Virus record (IMG/VR): IMGVR_UViG_3300049979_000170
Location: 1-64,000 of that record
DNA length: 64,000 nucleotides
Direction: 5' to 3' (one strand)
Source: a virus
Lineage: Duplodnaviria > Caudoviricetes
Positions 25,997 to 35,096 of this stretch are shown in pieces. The notes beneath the pieces were generated by a model. The model was not told where the DNA came from. It did no database searches and saw only the letters and a program-made list of their open reading frames with translations. A program made the translations under genes and the position numbers. The first letter of the stretch is position 1, and every line of letters begins with the position of its first letter.

Positions 25997-26611
25997 ATGG
26001 CCCGTCATCATTACCAGAAGTGCAATCCGGAATCTGATTTTGGCTACCGCGACCTCATCTACAAGGTGATGGTCGAGGTTGGTACGCCGATGTTTTCCAA
26101 CGACGTGTGGGCGTACGCGGTCGAGAAGGGTTACGACAAGCTTCTCTATCGGAACGGTGAGACCTTGGCGAAGACCCCGCATGCGACCGTGTATGCGCGG
26201 ATGTCTGAGGAGGCCAAGCGCGGCGGCTTCCTGAAGCGGACCGAGGTGACTGGTCGAGCCTACCTGTACGAGCTTGTGCCGGGCAAGACGCCCAAGAAAG
26301 GGCGCAAGCTCGATTACAAGTCGAAGAACGTCTACGTGTATGCGTTGTACGAGGCGGAGACGGAGATTCCGTTCTACGTCGGCATGGGTGTTGGTCAGCG
26401 CAAGGACGTTCATCTGGTTGGTGAGTCGCACAGCCCGGTGGTGAACAAGGTGGTCTCGCACCTTCGTTCCCAGGGTCGGACTCCGGTGGCGAAGATTCTG
26501 GAGCAGCGTTTGGACCGCCACACTGCTCGGAAGTTTGAGGCCGCTTATATCAAGGAATGGGGGCGTCGCAGTTACGATCTAACTGGCGTTCTGTTTAACC
26601 AAAAAGCTTGA
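25997..26611 (+). CDS. HARE-type winged HTH fused to a GIY-YIG (LEM-3-like) nuclease
   Basis: KTPHATVYARM; YVYALY...PFYVGMG..QRKDVHL...AYI. Confidence 0.7.
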   Translation: MARHHYQKCNPESDFGYRDLIYKVMVEVGTPMFSNDVWAYAVEKGYDKLLYRNGETLAKTPHATVYARMSEEAKRGGFLKRTEVTGRAYLYELVPGKTPKKGRKLDYKSKNVYVYALYEAETEIPFYVGMGVGQRKDVHLVGESHSPVVNKVVSHLRSQGRTPVAKILEQRLDRHTARKFEAAYIKEWGRRSYDLTGVLFNQKA

Positions 26612-26653
26612 TATGCATTGACCTGACGAATCCGCAGCCATATCCCACGGGGT

Positions 26654-26953
26654 ATGGCCGCGTTCGTTCGAACTCCTGCGTTGCAGTTCCCCATCGACCC
26701 CTCTTGGGTCGCGGTGATTCTTCGCCTGAGCAACATGCAGTTGTTCGAGGGTCGCCACGAGGACATCGTGGCGTGGATCGAGACGGACGAGGTTCCTGGG
26801 ACGGTATTTTTCTATCACCGGGAGTGGACTGAGCCTTCGCAAAAGCCGCTCCCCAAGTTCTTCGACCCCAACATGCCCCATAAGGGTCGGGACCACGTTT
26901 ACGTGTTCGACAATCCGGACGCGGCGTTCGAATTCAAGCTTCGGTGGGCCTGA
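26654..26953 (+). CDS. FKMRW-motif small protein
   Basis: ends FDNPDAAFEFKLRWA. Confidence 0.85.
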   Translation: MAAFVRTPALQFPIDPSWVAVILRLSNMQLFEGRHEDIVAWIETDEVPGTVFFYHREWTEPSQKPLPKFFDPNMPHKGRDHVYVFDNPDAAFEFKLRWA

Positions 26954-27219
26954 TGAATTGGAGATTCAAGCTCTACCCTTCTGAGAAGTGGAATTTTCTG
27001 AAACAGCACAATCCGGGAATGGCTCATGCGTTCTGTCCGGATGACAACGAGTTTTGGAAGCACGAGATCGGAGAACGTGAGGACTTGGTGAGTCCCGCCA
27101 TCGCATGGTGCCACGAGCATTTCGGAAAGCCGTTCACCGGGGTGTGGGCGCATTCGAGTTCATGGATTATGTTCGGCGATGACAACCGAGCGTTCGAATT
27201 CAAGCTTCGGTGGGCTTGA
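26953..27219 (+). CDS. FKMRW-motif small protein
   Basis: IAWCHEHFG...FGDDNRAFEFKLRWA; TGATG. Confidence 0.85.
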   Translation: MNWRFKLYPSEKWNFLKQHNPGMAHAFCPDDNEFWKHEIGEREDLVSPAIAWCHEHFGKPFTGVWAHSSSWIMFGDDNRAFEFKLRWA

Positions 27220-27476
27220 TGGCTAAGTGGGTGACTACGGCGGCGACCGCCGACCATCATACCGGGTCCGTTCATGTTCGGATCGAGCGATCGATGTTTT
27301 CGAACGACCTATTGGTTGAGATGGTTTCTTGGTTGGCCAGACACGATCGCCCTGGTAGCTTCTCTTATCGGGACGCCCGGCGAGAACTTAACTTCAACAA
27401 AAAGAAAAATCAGGTTGTGAGTTTCCACATTACCGATCCGGATGTGGCGATGGAATTCAAGATGCGGTGGTTCTGA
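27219..27476 (+). CDS. FKMRW-motif small protein
   Basis: ends ITDPDVAMEFKMRWF; TGATG. Confidence 0.85.
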   Translation: MAKWVTTAATADHHTGSVHVRIERSMFSNDLLVEMVSWLARHDRPGSFSYRDARRELNFNKKKNQVVSFHITDPDVAMEFKMRWF

Positions 27477-27706
27477 TGGCACGGCGGATTGTTCCGAGCG
27501 ACGGCATCGATTTACCTGCGGGGTGCACGAACGTTCGTATACCCCGAGGTCCCGGACGGCCGGGTCGTGCGGAGATGGTCAACTGGTTGATGGAGAATGA
27601 TCGCCCAGGGGTGTTCCGGTACACCCGTATAAACGGCTTCAGCGCGATCTACTTCTATATCTCAGACCCTGGCGTGGCGTTCGAATTCAAGATGCGGTTT
27701 GGCTGA
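27476..27706 (+). CDS. FKMRW-motif small protein
   Basis: ends ISDPGVAFEFKMRFG; close paralog of the previous gene (WL..NDRPG.F.Y). Confidence 0.85.
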   Translation: MARRIVPSDGIDLPAGCTNVRIPRGPGRPGRAEMVNWLMENDRPGVFRYTRINGFSAIYFYISDPGVAFEFKMRFG

Positions 27707-27957
27707 TGGCGACACAATGCCAAGTCCTGCCTGAAGTGCACCGGACGAGCTTCCATTTCCTCCAGGTGGTGGGGCCGCGCTTTTCGTTGTCGAAGGAGCC
27801 GATCCGAGAGTGGCTGAGTAATCCATCTCGGCCGGGCTTCTGGACGTGGGGTGGATGGTGGCTGGCGAGCGAGGGTAACTTCAGCCCGAACGACTGTATC
27901 GAGGTTGCGATCACTGATTCTCAAGTGGCATTCGAGTTTAAAATCCGATGGGTATAA
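27706..27957 (+). CDS. FKMRW-motif small protein
   Basis: ends ITDSQVAFEFKIRWV. Confidence 0.85.
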   Translation: MATQCQVLPEVHRTSFHFLQVVGPRFSLSKEPIREWLSNPSRPGFWTWGGWWLASEGNFSPNDCIEVAITDSQVAFEFKIRWV

Positions 27958-28196
27958 AAGTCCGCCAGATCAAGGTTGATGAGCCCGAGGTGGCCGGTAT
28001 GTACCCGTTTGGTTTCTTTTACATGCACGAGAATCAACGGTGTGACGAGATTATCAAATGGTGTGAGGATCAGTTCGGGGAGTTTTCCTTCAAACACGCG
28101 CGCGGCCGGATGGCCTGTGATATCGGACCGATCCTCCGCTACGTGCTGTTTCGCGATCAATTGGACGCGATTGCGTTCAAGCTCCGGTGGATGTGA
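27948..28196 (+). CDS. FKMRW-motif small protein
   Basis: IIKWCEDQFG...FRDQLDAIAFKLRWM; its ATG lies inside the upstream CGA-TGG (RW) codons. Confidence 0.85.
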   Translation: MGIKVRQIKVDEPEVAGMYPFGFFYMHENQRCDEIIKWCEDQFGEFSFKHARGRMACDIGPILRYVLFRDQLDAIAFKLRWM

Positions 28197-28462
28197 TGGC
28201 AGCGATCGTGAGAGATCAGGGGAAGTTAGGCCCCGGTGCAATCCCGGTCTGGTTCGACTGTTTGAGCCGAGTGGTGTGCCCGATCGACGAGATGATCACT
28301 CCAATGGGCAGCATACTGAGTTGGTGTGTAGATAATTTAGACGGACTTGTTTATTTTGAACTCGATCCCTTCTCCAATAATGATGAACACTATGGGACCA
28401 AATACGTCTTGTGGTTCTCTGACGAAAATGCGGCGTTTGCGTTCAAGATGAGGTGGAAATAA
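28196..28462 (+). CDS. FKMRW-motif small protein
   Basis: ILSWCVDNL...FSDENAAFAFKMRWK. Confidence 0.85.
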   Translation: MAAIVRDQGKLGPGAIPVWFDCLSRVVCPIDEMITPMGSILSWCVDNLDGLVYFELDPFSNNDEHYGTKYVLWFSDENAAFAFKMRWK

Positions 28463-28788
28463 TGTCGAATAAAAGTATGAGGAGATTTAGCGGATTTATC
28501 GGCGAGAAAAAGCTCTCTAAGTTATCGAGGAAAACCGATTTTACATCGGTAACTCTTTACCACGACCTCAAGAATCCGAAAAAGAGTCCGATTCCGGAGA
28601 TTGAAGATTGGTGCAGGACATACGCGGTTGGCCGTATCTGTTATCAGGTGTTTGAGAATTGGGAACCGTATGCGGTATACACACCGGATGGTTCTCAACG
28701 GACTGAATACCGAATAACCGGCCATCGTCATTGTGTGACATTCGAGAATTCGAATGTGGCATTTGCGTTTAAGATGCAATGGGCCTGA
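28462..28788 (+). CDS. FKMRW-motif small protein
   Basis: IEDWCRTY...FENSNVAFAFKMQWA. Confidence 0.85.
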   Translation: MSNKSMRRFSGFIGEKKLSKLSRKTDFTSVTLYHDLKNPKKSPIPEIEDWCRTYAVGRICYQVFENWEPYAVYTPDGSQRTEYRITGHRHCVTFENSNVAFAFKMQWA

Positions 28789-29240
28789 TGGGTTGGCTGA
28801 AGCGGGCTTGGGAATGGCTCCCGCGCATCACGATCCAAAAGAAGCCGTTGTCGCCGGGAAGTCCATCCATTCTGAGGCGGCGAGCGGCCGAGGCCGCCGC
28901 GATGCTCAAGGCCGGTTGCTGGCTCGATCGCGCATCCTACGACGCCCGTGGCCTGCATGTCCCTCTTACGGTGGTGAAGATTCATCGCCGCCAAGAGGAT
29001 GGATTGCTGATCCCCGACTTCATCTCGCTGATCGCCTGGACCGGGGAAAACGTAGAGGGGGAAATCGTCTACGAGGTCATTGACGAGCATGTCGAGGCGG
29101 GCAGCAGCACGATACGTGTCCCTCACAACGGCGGACTTCATACTATCCGAACACCCCGTTATGTCCGGATCGGGTGCTGGCATTCGTTCTCGTTCACCAA
29201 TCCGGATTCGGCGTTCGCGTTCAAGATGCGGTGGGCTTGA
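28788..29240 (+). CDS. FKMRW-motif small protein
   Basis: ends FTNPDSAFAFKMRWA. Confidence 0.85.
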   Translation: MGWLKRAWEWLPRITIQKKPLSPGSPSILRRRAAEAAAMLKAGCWLDRASYDARGLHVPLTVVKIHRRQEDGLLIPDFISLIAWTGENVEGEIVYEVIDEHVEAGSSTIRVPHNGGLHTIRTPRYVRIGCWHSFSFTNPDSAFAFKMRWA

Positions 29241-29290
29241 TTTATTATAGAATACGCGTACATTAGGGGGATCAGCGCAGGAGATTCCCG

Positions 29291-29707
29291 ATGTCCAGTG
29301 TTCCCGAGTTCATCGCCCGCCGCGTCTCCAGCCGGATTTACCCCGGTGGGTTCTACTGGTCGCTGCGCCTCCGTCCGATTCACCCGACCTCGCATTTCGA
29401 GTGGGCTCAGCTTGCCTGGATCAACGGAGAGTGGCGCGCTTGGGGCGACGACGAGGACATGGGTCGGGTCCTGCGGGCGAGCCTGTATGATGTCCGTCGC
29501 GGCACCCTGGAACAGGCTCTGGCGGCATGCCGCACCGCCTACATGCGGTACTGGCACACCGAGACGCCCCCGACAGAGCTTGACGACGAGAACGCCGCGA
29601 TGTCCGCCGAGGAGGCGCGTCACGACTATGAACTCCGCATGGAAGGCCATTTCGATGCAACCGGTCCGGGACAGGATTGGGATGCCAATCACGGGTTCGA
29701 TTGCTGA
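29291..29707 (+). CDS. hypothetical protein
   Basis: GGAG RBS, 138 aa. Confidence 0.7.
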   Translation: MSSVPEFIARRVSSRIYPGGFYWSLRLRPIHPTSHFEWAQLAWINGEWRAWGDDEDMGRVLRASLYDVRRGTLEQALAACRTAYMRYWHTETPPTELDDENAAMSAEEARHDYELRMEGHFDATGPGQDWDANHGFDC

Positions 29708-29718
29708 TGAGGTGGCGC

Positions 29719-30129
29719 ATGGATAAAAAACAGATACTGGCCGCCCGTAAGGCGGCCTTGGACGCGAAGGCTGCACCGAAACCTACGATCATCCACGTTA
29801 AGGCGGGATTGTTCTGGCGCGGGGTTGATCTTGAAACGCTTCCGTTCTTTCAGGAGATCAGATCGGATGATTACGTGGTCCTCGATCACCATTCCTCTGA
29901 GATTCATCGGTGGTGTCTTGCAAATGACCTATTGATTGCGGTCGATTCCGTTAACAAAAAGCAGCGCATTCTCGCCGAAGCAAGGCGACGGTGGAGCCTC
30001 GGGCAAATCACAGCGAATGATGTCGAGCATGAATTCGTTCTCGCTCAGCGGATGTATCCTAACTCGGGATGGTTCATTCGATTCCGTCAAGAAGGTGCCG
30101 ACATGGCCTTAAAGATGCGATGGTTTTAG
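29719..30129 (+). CDS. FKMRW-motif small protein
   Basis: GAGGTGG RBS; IHRWCLAN...FRQEGADMALKMRWF. Confidence 0.8.
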   Translation: MDKKQILAARKAALDAKAAPKPTIIHVKAGLFWRGVDLETLPFFQEIRSDDYVVLDHHSSEIHRWCLANDLLIAVDSVNKKQRILAEARRRWSLGQITANDVEHEFVLAQRMYPNSGWFIRFRQEGADMALKMRWF

Positions 30130-30189
30130 GGAACCTCGGTCGCAACCAATACGTTTTTGCCCGTGCCTGATCTCAAGCATCCGGCACAA

Positions 30190-30252
30190 CAGGGACTCTC
30201 GCCGCTCATCCAAGCTCCCCCTCAAGCCTGAGCGTGCGAGAGTCCTTTCTTT
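30190..30252. terminator. long hairpin between convergent genes
   Basis: GGACTCTCGC-CGCTCA...TGAGCG-T-GCGAGAGTCC followed by TTTCTTTT. Confidence 0.55.
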
Positions 30253-31629
30253 TTAGAGCGTTAGGCGCCAATAGCCGGGTGGGTATACCCCCTCGATCGT
30301 CTTGACCCAATCCGTGCCGTTCCAGCGAAGCTGATTACCCGAGTTGGTATTCAGGACGAAGTCGGCGGTCGTTGAACCGTGGACGGGTGAGAACACCACG
30401 GTCCAGGCGCCGGACCGATACTCGATAATGTCGTTGTGCTTTGCCGTCAGGGCGCCCCAGGCTTGGCTTGGGCCAAGGTCGTGTAGGATGAGATAGCGCT
30501 GGCCGTTGACCTGCCCTGGCAGGCCCTTTCCGGGATAGGTTCGGATCGGATCAATGACGCCGTCAATCGTCCCCTGGGAGTTTGCCGGGAGCGTATCCAG
30601 ATCGACCTGCCAATGGATGATGTTGGGATTCGTCGCATCGTACTGAAGCGTCCCGATGATGTCGTGGCTCCAATCATCGATCTGGTCCGGGCTCGTCTTC
30701 AGGTGAATCTTTGACAGGCCGGGGCGTAGCGTCCCATAGAGGTCGATAAGCTTCTTCCACGGGAAGAAATCTCCTCCCACGTCGGTCTCCGCCCCATCGG
30801 GTCCGAGAAGGCGAATGAGCCCATCGTGCACCTCGATCAGGTTGTTGCCCGGCGTGGTGATATGCTGGAACATGAAGGTCTGATCGGTGATCGCGCCATC
30901 TTCCTCGCGACCGTCATAGACGTTCGTGATGATCTGCTCGATGATGCGCTGCTGCATGACCTTCGCGGGCGGCGAGAGCCAGAATGGGAGGCGGAACGTC
31001 AGCGTGGTCACGTCGATATCTGAATCCACGCCCACGGGGATCGAGCGGGACGACCACTGGATGTCGGTGAGTTCCATCATGGTCATGGCGGTCCAGTCCA
31101 GAGCGTTGTCTGAGTTCTGAATCTGGAAGTCCGGGTACACGACCACGAGAATCTGCTCCATGATCTGGTATTTCTGCTGCTGATTCGATGTCCAGATGTC
31201 CACGTTGACGGTCATCTCGAACGGGCGGGGCATCATGCGCTCGACCGTGTAGGAGCGACCTGGGCGGATACCGGCGGCATCCGTGTACTGTCCCGTGGCT
31301 TCGTCGAAATCACGCTCCAGTACCTGTCTGGTGTCCACGTGTCCGGTATGCTGGAGATCACCGCGTCGTCCAGCTAGACCGACATGCGCGATCGTGATCC
31401 GAGGGGCCGCCATCGCGGTGTTCTCGGAGTTGTTCCGAAGGATATGGCCCACGGTGCGATCCTGAATGGCCATCGAGCAGGGGACCACCTTTAGCTGGGG
31501 TTCAATCACGATTCCGTTCACGACGCGGCGACCGGTCATGTACTGGAACCCTGAGAACGCACGCATCATCTGCTGAAGGAATCGCTCCTGCTGATTATCG
31601 TACCAATAGTCGAGTTGCTGAAGTGCCAC
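30253..31629 (-). CDS. tail completion / sheath stabilizer protein (T4 gp15-like) with a C-terminal extension
   Basis: DYWYD.Q..RFL..., VP...; YTVERMMPRPFEMTVNVDIWTSNQQQKYQIMEQIL; TAAATA at 31657-31662. Confidence 0.7.
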   Translation of the reverse strand: MALQQLDYWYDNQQERFLQQMMRAFSGFQYMTGRRVVNGIVIEPQLKVVPCSMAIQDRTVGHILRNNSENTAMAAPRITIAHVGLAGRRGDLQHTGHVDTRQVLERDFDEATGQYTDAAGIRPGRSYTVERMMPRPFEMTVNVDIWTSNQQQKYQIMEQILVVVYPDFQIQNSDNALDWTAMTMMELTDIQWSSRSIPVGVDSDIDVTTLTFRLPFWLSPPAKVMQQRIIEQIITNVYDGREEDGAITDQTFMFQHITTPGNNLIEVHDGLIRLLGPDGAETDVGGDFFPWKKLIDLYGTLRPGLSKIHLKTSPDQIDDWSHDIIGTLQYDATNPNIIHWQVDLDTLPANSQGTIDGVIDPIRTYPGKGLPGQVNGQRYLILHDLGPSQAWGALTAKHNDIIEYRSGAWTVVFSPVHGSTTADFVLNTNSGNQLRWNGTDWVKTIEGVYPPGYWRLTL

Positions 31630-31716
31630 TTTTAAATCCTCGTTCGGTTATGTGCTTATTTATTGACGCAAACGAGGCGTGATCCTTAATTGGACTGGTT
31701 GATTAAGGAATTTTTC

Positions 31717-32409
31717 ATGTCTTTCGGAATCAGAGTGAGCAATTCAGGTATAACGGTTGGCGCGGCTGTTAGTGTGAAGTCCGCCAAAGCATCGTCAGGC
31801 AGTTGGAATCATCATGCTCCGGCCCCGGCTATCTCTCTGTCGGGCACGCTTGGCAAGAAGGTTCAAAACCGAGTGAAGGCGCTCAAGCGCTCTAAGGTGA
31901 AGGCGGGTGGGGTCGGTGAGCCGATCCAGACGGTGATTCCGGCGGGCTTTGCCTTCATCATGCTGGTTGGTGAGACCATGGAGACCGCGAACTGGCAGTT
32001 CGTGACGTTTGAGTACGGGCGCACCCTTGGTACATCGACGCAGCCCTTCATGGTGTTCAAGGAGATCACCAACGAGATGCACCGATTCTGGAAGCGCGTC
32101 GTCATCGACGGGTCTTTCCAGGCGAACGAGCGCGGCATGTGGATGCGTTCGATGAAGCTGGTTGAGGTCCATCAGTCGGCCAAGGACGTGACCGAACGGC
32201 TGTTCGGCGAGGAGGAGGCGTTCAAGGATTCGATGCGGCTCGGCGCAATGGCCAAGCTCTCTCCCCAGGAGGCGAAGCTGCTCGGCCTAGAGACGGAATA
32301 CACGATGCTCCGGCTTATCCAGACCGGACCCCGCGAAACGGAGGATGACAACCTCGCCAGCACACTTCGGGACTCACTATGCGCGCTTGGACTTGATAAA
32401 TCCATTTGA
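31717..32409 (+). CDS. hypothetical protein
   Basis: AAGGA RBS, 230 aa. Confidence 0.75.
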   Translation: MSFGIRVSNSGITVGAAVSVKSAKASSGSWNHHAPAPAISLSGTLGKKVQNRVKALKRSKVKAGGVGEPIQTVIPAGFAFIMLVGETMETANWQFVTFEYGRTLGTSTQPFMVFKEITNEMHRFWKRVVIDGSFQANERGMWMRSMKLVEVHQSAKDVTERLFGEEEAFKDSMRLGAMAKLSPQEAKLLGLETEYTMLRLIQTGPRETEDDNLASTLRDSLCALGLDKSI

Positions 32410-32453
32410 CGGTCTCTCGATTCGGTGTATAGTAATGGCATCAGCAACGGGAG

Positions 32454-32933
32454 ATGCACATGCTCGCAAAGGATCAGCCCCTCAGCGCTCAGTCGGATGC
32501 CGCCAAGGCGTATCTGCCGCTGATCACTAACGGCAAGGGGCTGATCCGGGCATCGAAGCCCAAGGATGGCAACGCTGCCTACGTCTGGCGGATGGTGGCG
32601 TTCTCGGTGTCCACGGACCGTCGTCAGCAGTGCATGCCGATGACGGCGGATTTCGGCGTCACCGTTCCCGAGGACTGGCGGGTGAACGCTCCGGCGGATT
32701 GGATCGAGGCGCGGGTCGCGAGCACCTACGAGCGGCCGGACGACGTGGCATTCTGCCAGCGGCAGAACGGTTCGGTCCGCGCCTATCACGTTGCCCAATG
32801 GGAGAAGTACGATCGTCGCCGCGCCTACATCAAGGACGTGCTCGACCCGATCGTGAAAGAGATCGTGGACAGCGTCCATGTGACGAAGCAAGCTGGCACG
32901 ATGCGTTGGGCTCGCGCGTTCGGAGTTGCATAA
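32454..32933 (+). CDS. hypothetical protein
   Basis: GGGAG RBS, downstream of a TTGACG-N16-TATAGT promoter-like element. Confidence 0.75.
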   Translation: MHMLAKDQPLSAQSDAAKAYLPLITNGKGLIRASKPKDGNAAYVWRMVAFSVSTDRRQQCMPMTADFGVTVPEDWRVNAPADWIEARVASTYERPDDVAFCQRQNGSVRAYHVAQWEKYDRRRAYIKDVLDPIVKEIVDSVHVTKQAGTMRWARAFGVA

Positions 32934-32942
32934 TTGTTTCAC

Positions 32943-33095
32943 ATGACGGTCGAGACGTACTTCATGTTCGTCCTGCCAGGGATGATCCTGGCCTTATCAA
33001 TGACCATGGTTGGGATCATGCAATTCCAACTTTGGTTGCGACGCCGTCGCAAGCGCTACCTGAAAAAGCAAAACATGGATGGTGACGGAATCTAA
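32943..33095 (+). CDS. 50-aa single-pass membrane protein
   Basis: hydrophobic helix followed by RRRRKR. Confidence 0.55.
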   Translation: MTVETYFMFVLPGMILALSMTMVGIMQFQLWLRRRRKRYLKKQNMDGDGI

Positions 33096-33132
33096 GTAGT
33101 TCGCTATCGAGGCACCCATGCAGGAGGAACCC

Positions 33133-33348
33133 ATGCGCAAGGCATTCATCGTTTTCGAAGAGTCGTGGACCGGTCGGCAGTCCGCCCATATCGTGTGGGA
33201 CGAGGTGAATGCCCCGATGGAGTCGAAACTCTCACGGCAGATCGGCCCGGCGATCGAACTCACCGGACAGCTTCTCGAACTGGCCAATGGAACCCGTGAG
33301 AACCGGATCAGCCTGATCGTCGCGGGCCTGTCGAGAAACGCCGCCTAA
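33133..33348 (+). CDS. small hypothetical protein
   Basis: AGGAGG RBS. Confidence 0.7.
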   Translation: MRKAFIVFEESWTGRQSAHIVWDEVNAPMESKLSRQIGPAIELTGQLLELANGTRENRISLIVAGLSRNAA

Positions 33349-33372
33349 TTGGCTCTCTGCGGCGCCAGCGCC

Positions 33373-33456
33373 TAAATACTCCTGCCCCCTCCCAGGGGGA
33401 TGGTTGCACTCTTCCCGCGATTACGGCCCCCGTGAGACATCTCCGGGGGCCGTTTT
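33373..33456 (+). ncRNA. candidate late small RNA
   Basis: TAAATA, then hairpin CCCCCT-CCC-AGGGGG, then terminator ACGGCCCCCG...CGGGGGCCGT-TTT; no ORF. Confidence 0.4.
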
Positions 33457-33459
33457 CGT

Positions 33460-33936
33460 TCAGGGGACGATCTCGAACTTCAGATCGAAATTGGTCGTGT
33501 AGTAGACCTGCTCGCCCGCACAGAACGACACGGTCTTGCGGACGAACCGGTATACCCCCGGTGTGATCCCCTGGGGGAGGATAAGAGATTCGGAAATCTC
33601 AAACGTGTCCGCGCGCACCCAGGTGAGATAGGATTCTCCGCGATAGAGAATCTTGGTCTGCTCGTTCACGAACACGTTCGACGTGGTGGTGTGGCAGGAC
33701 TGATTCTTACGGAAGTTCTCGTGCGTGAAGACGGGCTCCAGCATCTTGAAGGTGCTTTTGCGGACTCCGTTCACGTCGTGCAGGTAGGCGGGCTCGATCT
33801 GCTCATGCGCGGAGACGGACGTTTTCGCACGAAGTGATCCGGCCGAACGTTGGGCGATGTCCACGAGGTAAAGGATGCTCACGACAACCGCGAACACCAG
33901 GGCGATAACGCTTAGAATCTTTTTAAACTTAGTCAA
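33460..33936 (-). CDS. membrane-anchored protein
   Basis: N-terminal KKK followed by a transmembrane helix. Confidence 0.7.
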   Translation of the reverse strand: MTKFKKILSVIALVFAVVVSILYLVDIAQRSAGSLRAKTSVSAHEQIEPAYLHDVNGVRKSTFKMLEPVFTHENFRKNQSCHTTTSNVFVNEQTKILYRGESYLTWVRADTFEISESLILPQGITPGVYRFVRKTVSFCAGEQVYYTTNFDLKFEIVP

Positions 33937-34006
33937 GATATTTCCCCTTTTAACAACAAAGAATCAACGTTTTCATGAACCATAAGTTCATTTTTTTAAT
34001 ATTGCG

Positions 34007-34852
34007 ATGGAAATCTCGGCTGGTTATGGTTGGCACATATTCCATTCAAGGATTTTATCAGTGCTTTCAGTCGAACAACTCAAGGGCGTCCACATTGCTG
34101 TAGCTACGCCGTGCTATGGTGGGCAGGTATTTCAGAATTACTTCATGAGTATTCTGAAACTCGTGTTCAATGCGCACTCGAACAACGTTGCGCTGAGCTT
34201 CCTCATCCGTGGTGGCGATTCGCTGATCCCGCGAATCCGCAACTCGATGGTGGCGGAATTCCTTGCGACAGACCACTACACCCACCTGCTCTGGATCGAC
34301 GCCGATCTTGGATTCGAGCCCGAGGCGGTGTTCCGTCTGATTAAGGCGGATCGCGATGTCGCGGCTGGCGTCTACCCGATGAAGACCCAGGCATGGCCGG
34401 ACAAGATTCCCGAGGGCATGACCAAGAAGGATTTCGAGGCCAAGTATGGTCGCTATCCGTTCAACCCGATTGGCGGCAAGGTCAAGATCGATGAGGACGG
34501 CTTCATTGAAGTACTTGACGCGCCGACCGGTCTGATGCTGATCAAGCGGGAAGCGCTCCTGCGGATGGTCGAAGCCTATCCTGACCATAAGATCATCGCC
34601 GACCATATGCCGGGCCTGGAGCATATCGCTGAGAAGATCGAGAAATTTAACTATCGCCTCTTCGACGTGATGACAGAACCGAACGGTCGATACCTCTCTG
34701 AGGATTATGCGTTCTGTCGCCGCTGGCAGGCGATCGGTGGACGCATCTTCGTGGATGCGGCCTCGAACATGACCCACCAGGGCGGTATGCTGTACGGGGG
34801 CAACTTCCTAGAACACATTCGGGTGACATATGCGAAGCCGCCGGTCGGCTAA
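34007..34852 (+). CDS. GT-A fold glycosyltransferase
   Basis: IAVATPCYGG...DSLIPRIRN...THLLWIDAD (DXD)...YLSEDYAFCRRW. Confidence 0.8.
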   Translation: MEISAGYGWHIFHSRILSVLSVEQLKGVHIAVATPCYGGQVFQNYFMSILKLVFNAHSNNVALSFLIRGGDSLIPRIRNSMVAEFLATDHYTHLLWIDADLGFEPEAVFRLIKADRDVAAGVYPMKTQAWPDKIPEGMTKKDFEAKYGRYPFNPIGGKVKIDEDGFIEVLDAPTGLMLIKREALLRMVEAYPDHKIIADHMPGLEHIAEKIEKFNYRLFDVMTEPNGRYLSEDYAFCRRWQAIGGRIFVDAASNMTHQGGMLYGGNFLEHIRVTYAKPPVG

Positions 34853-35096
34853 AATTTCGTGTGGCGATACGGCGATCTCCCTAAGGGAGCGCCGATCCCT
34901 GTTGAGCCAGACCTCTAAATCATACGAGTTCAGTTCCGACGTGCTCGAATGGATCAGAGGGACAGGTCTCGGTCGGTATACGATCGGAACCGAGTTCGAG
35001 GATGTGGAGCATGCGCCTGGATACGTCCTGGCGTACCCGGTGGCGCACTTCGAATCTCCCAGCGACGCATTGGCGTTCAAGATGAGATGGCTATGA
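34830..35096 (+). CDS. FKMRW-motif small protein
   Basis: VLEWIRG...FESPSDALAFKMRWL. Confidence 0.8.
   Translation: MRSRRSAKISCGDTAISLRERRSLLSQTSKSYEFSSDVLEWIRGTGLGRYTIGTEFEDVEHAPGYVLAYPVAHFESPSDALAFKMRWL

Noticed and set aside
26654-29240. Periodic conserved ~30-nt sequence resembling a CRISPR array or integron attC cassette array
   Set aside because: The units are 230-450 bp ORFs and the repeat is degenerate, with variation following codon positions. I saw no attC-like extended palindrome, and no cas or integron-integrase gene is in the window.
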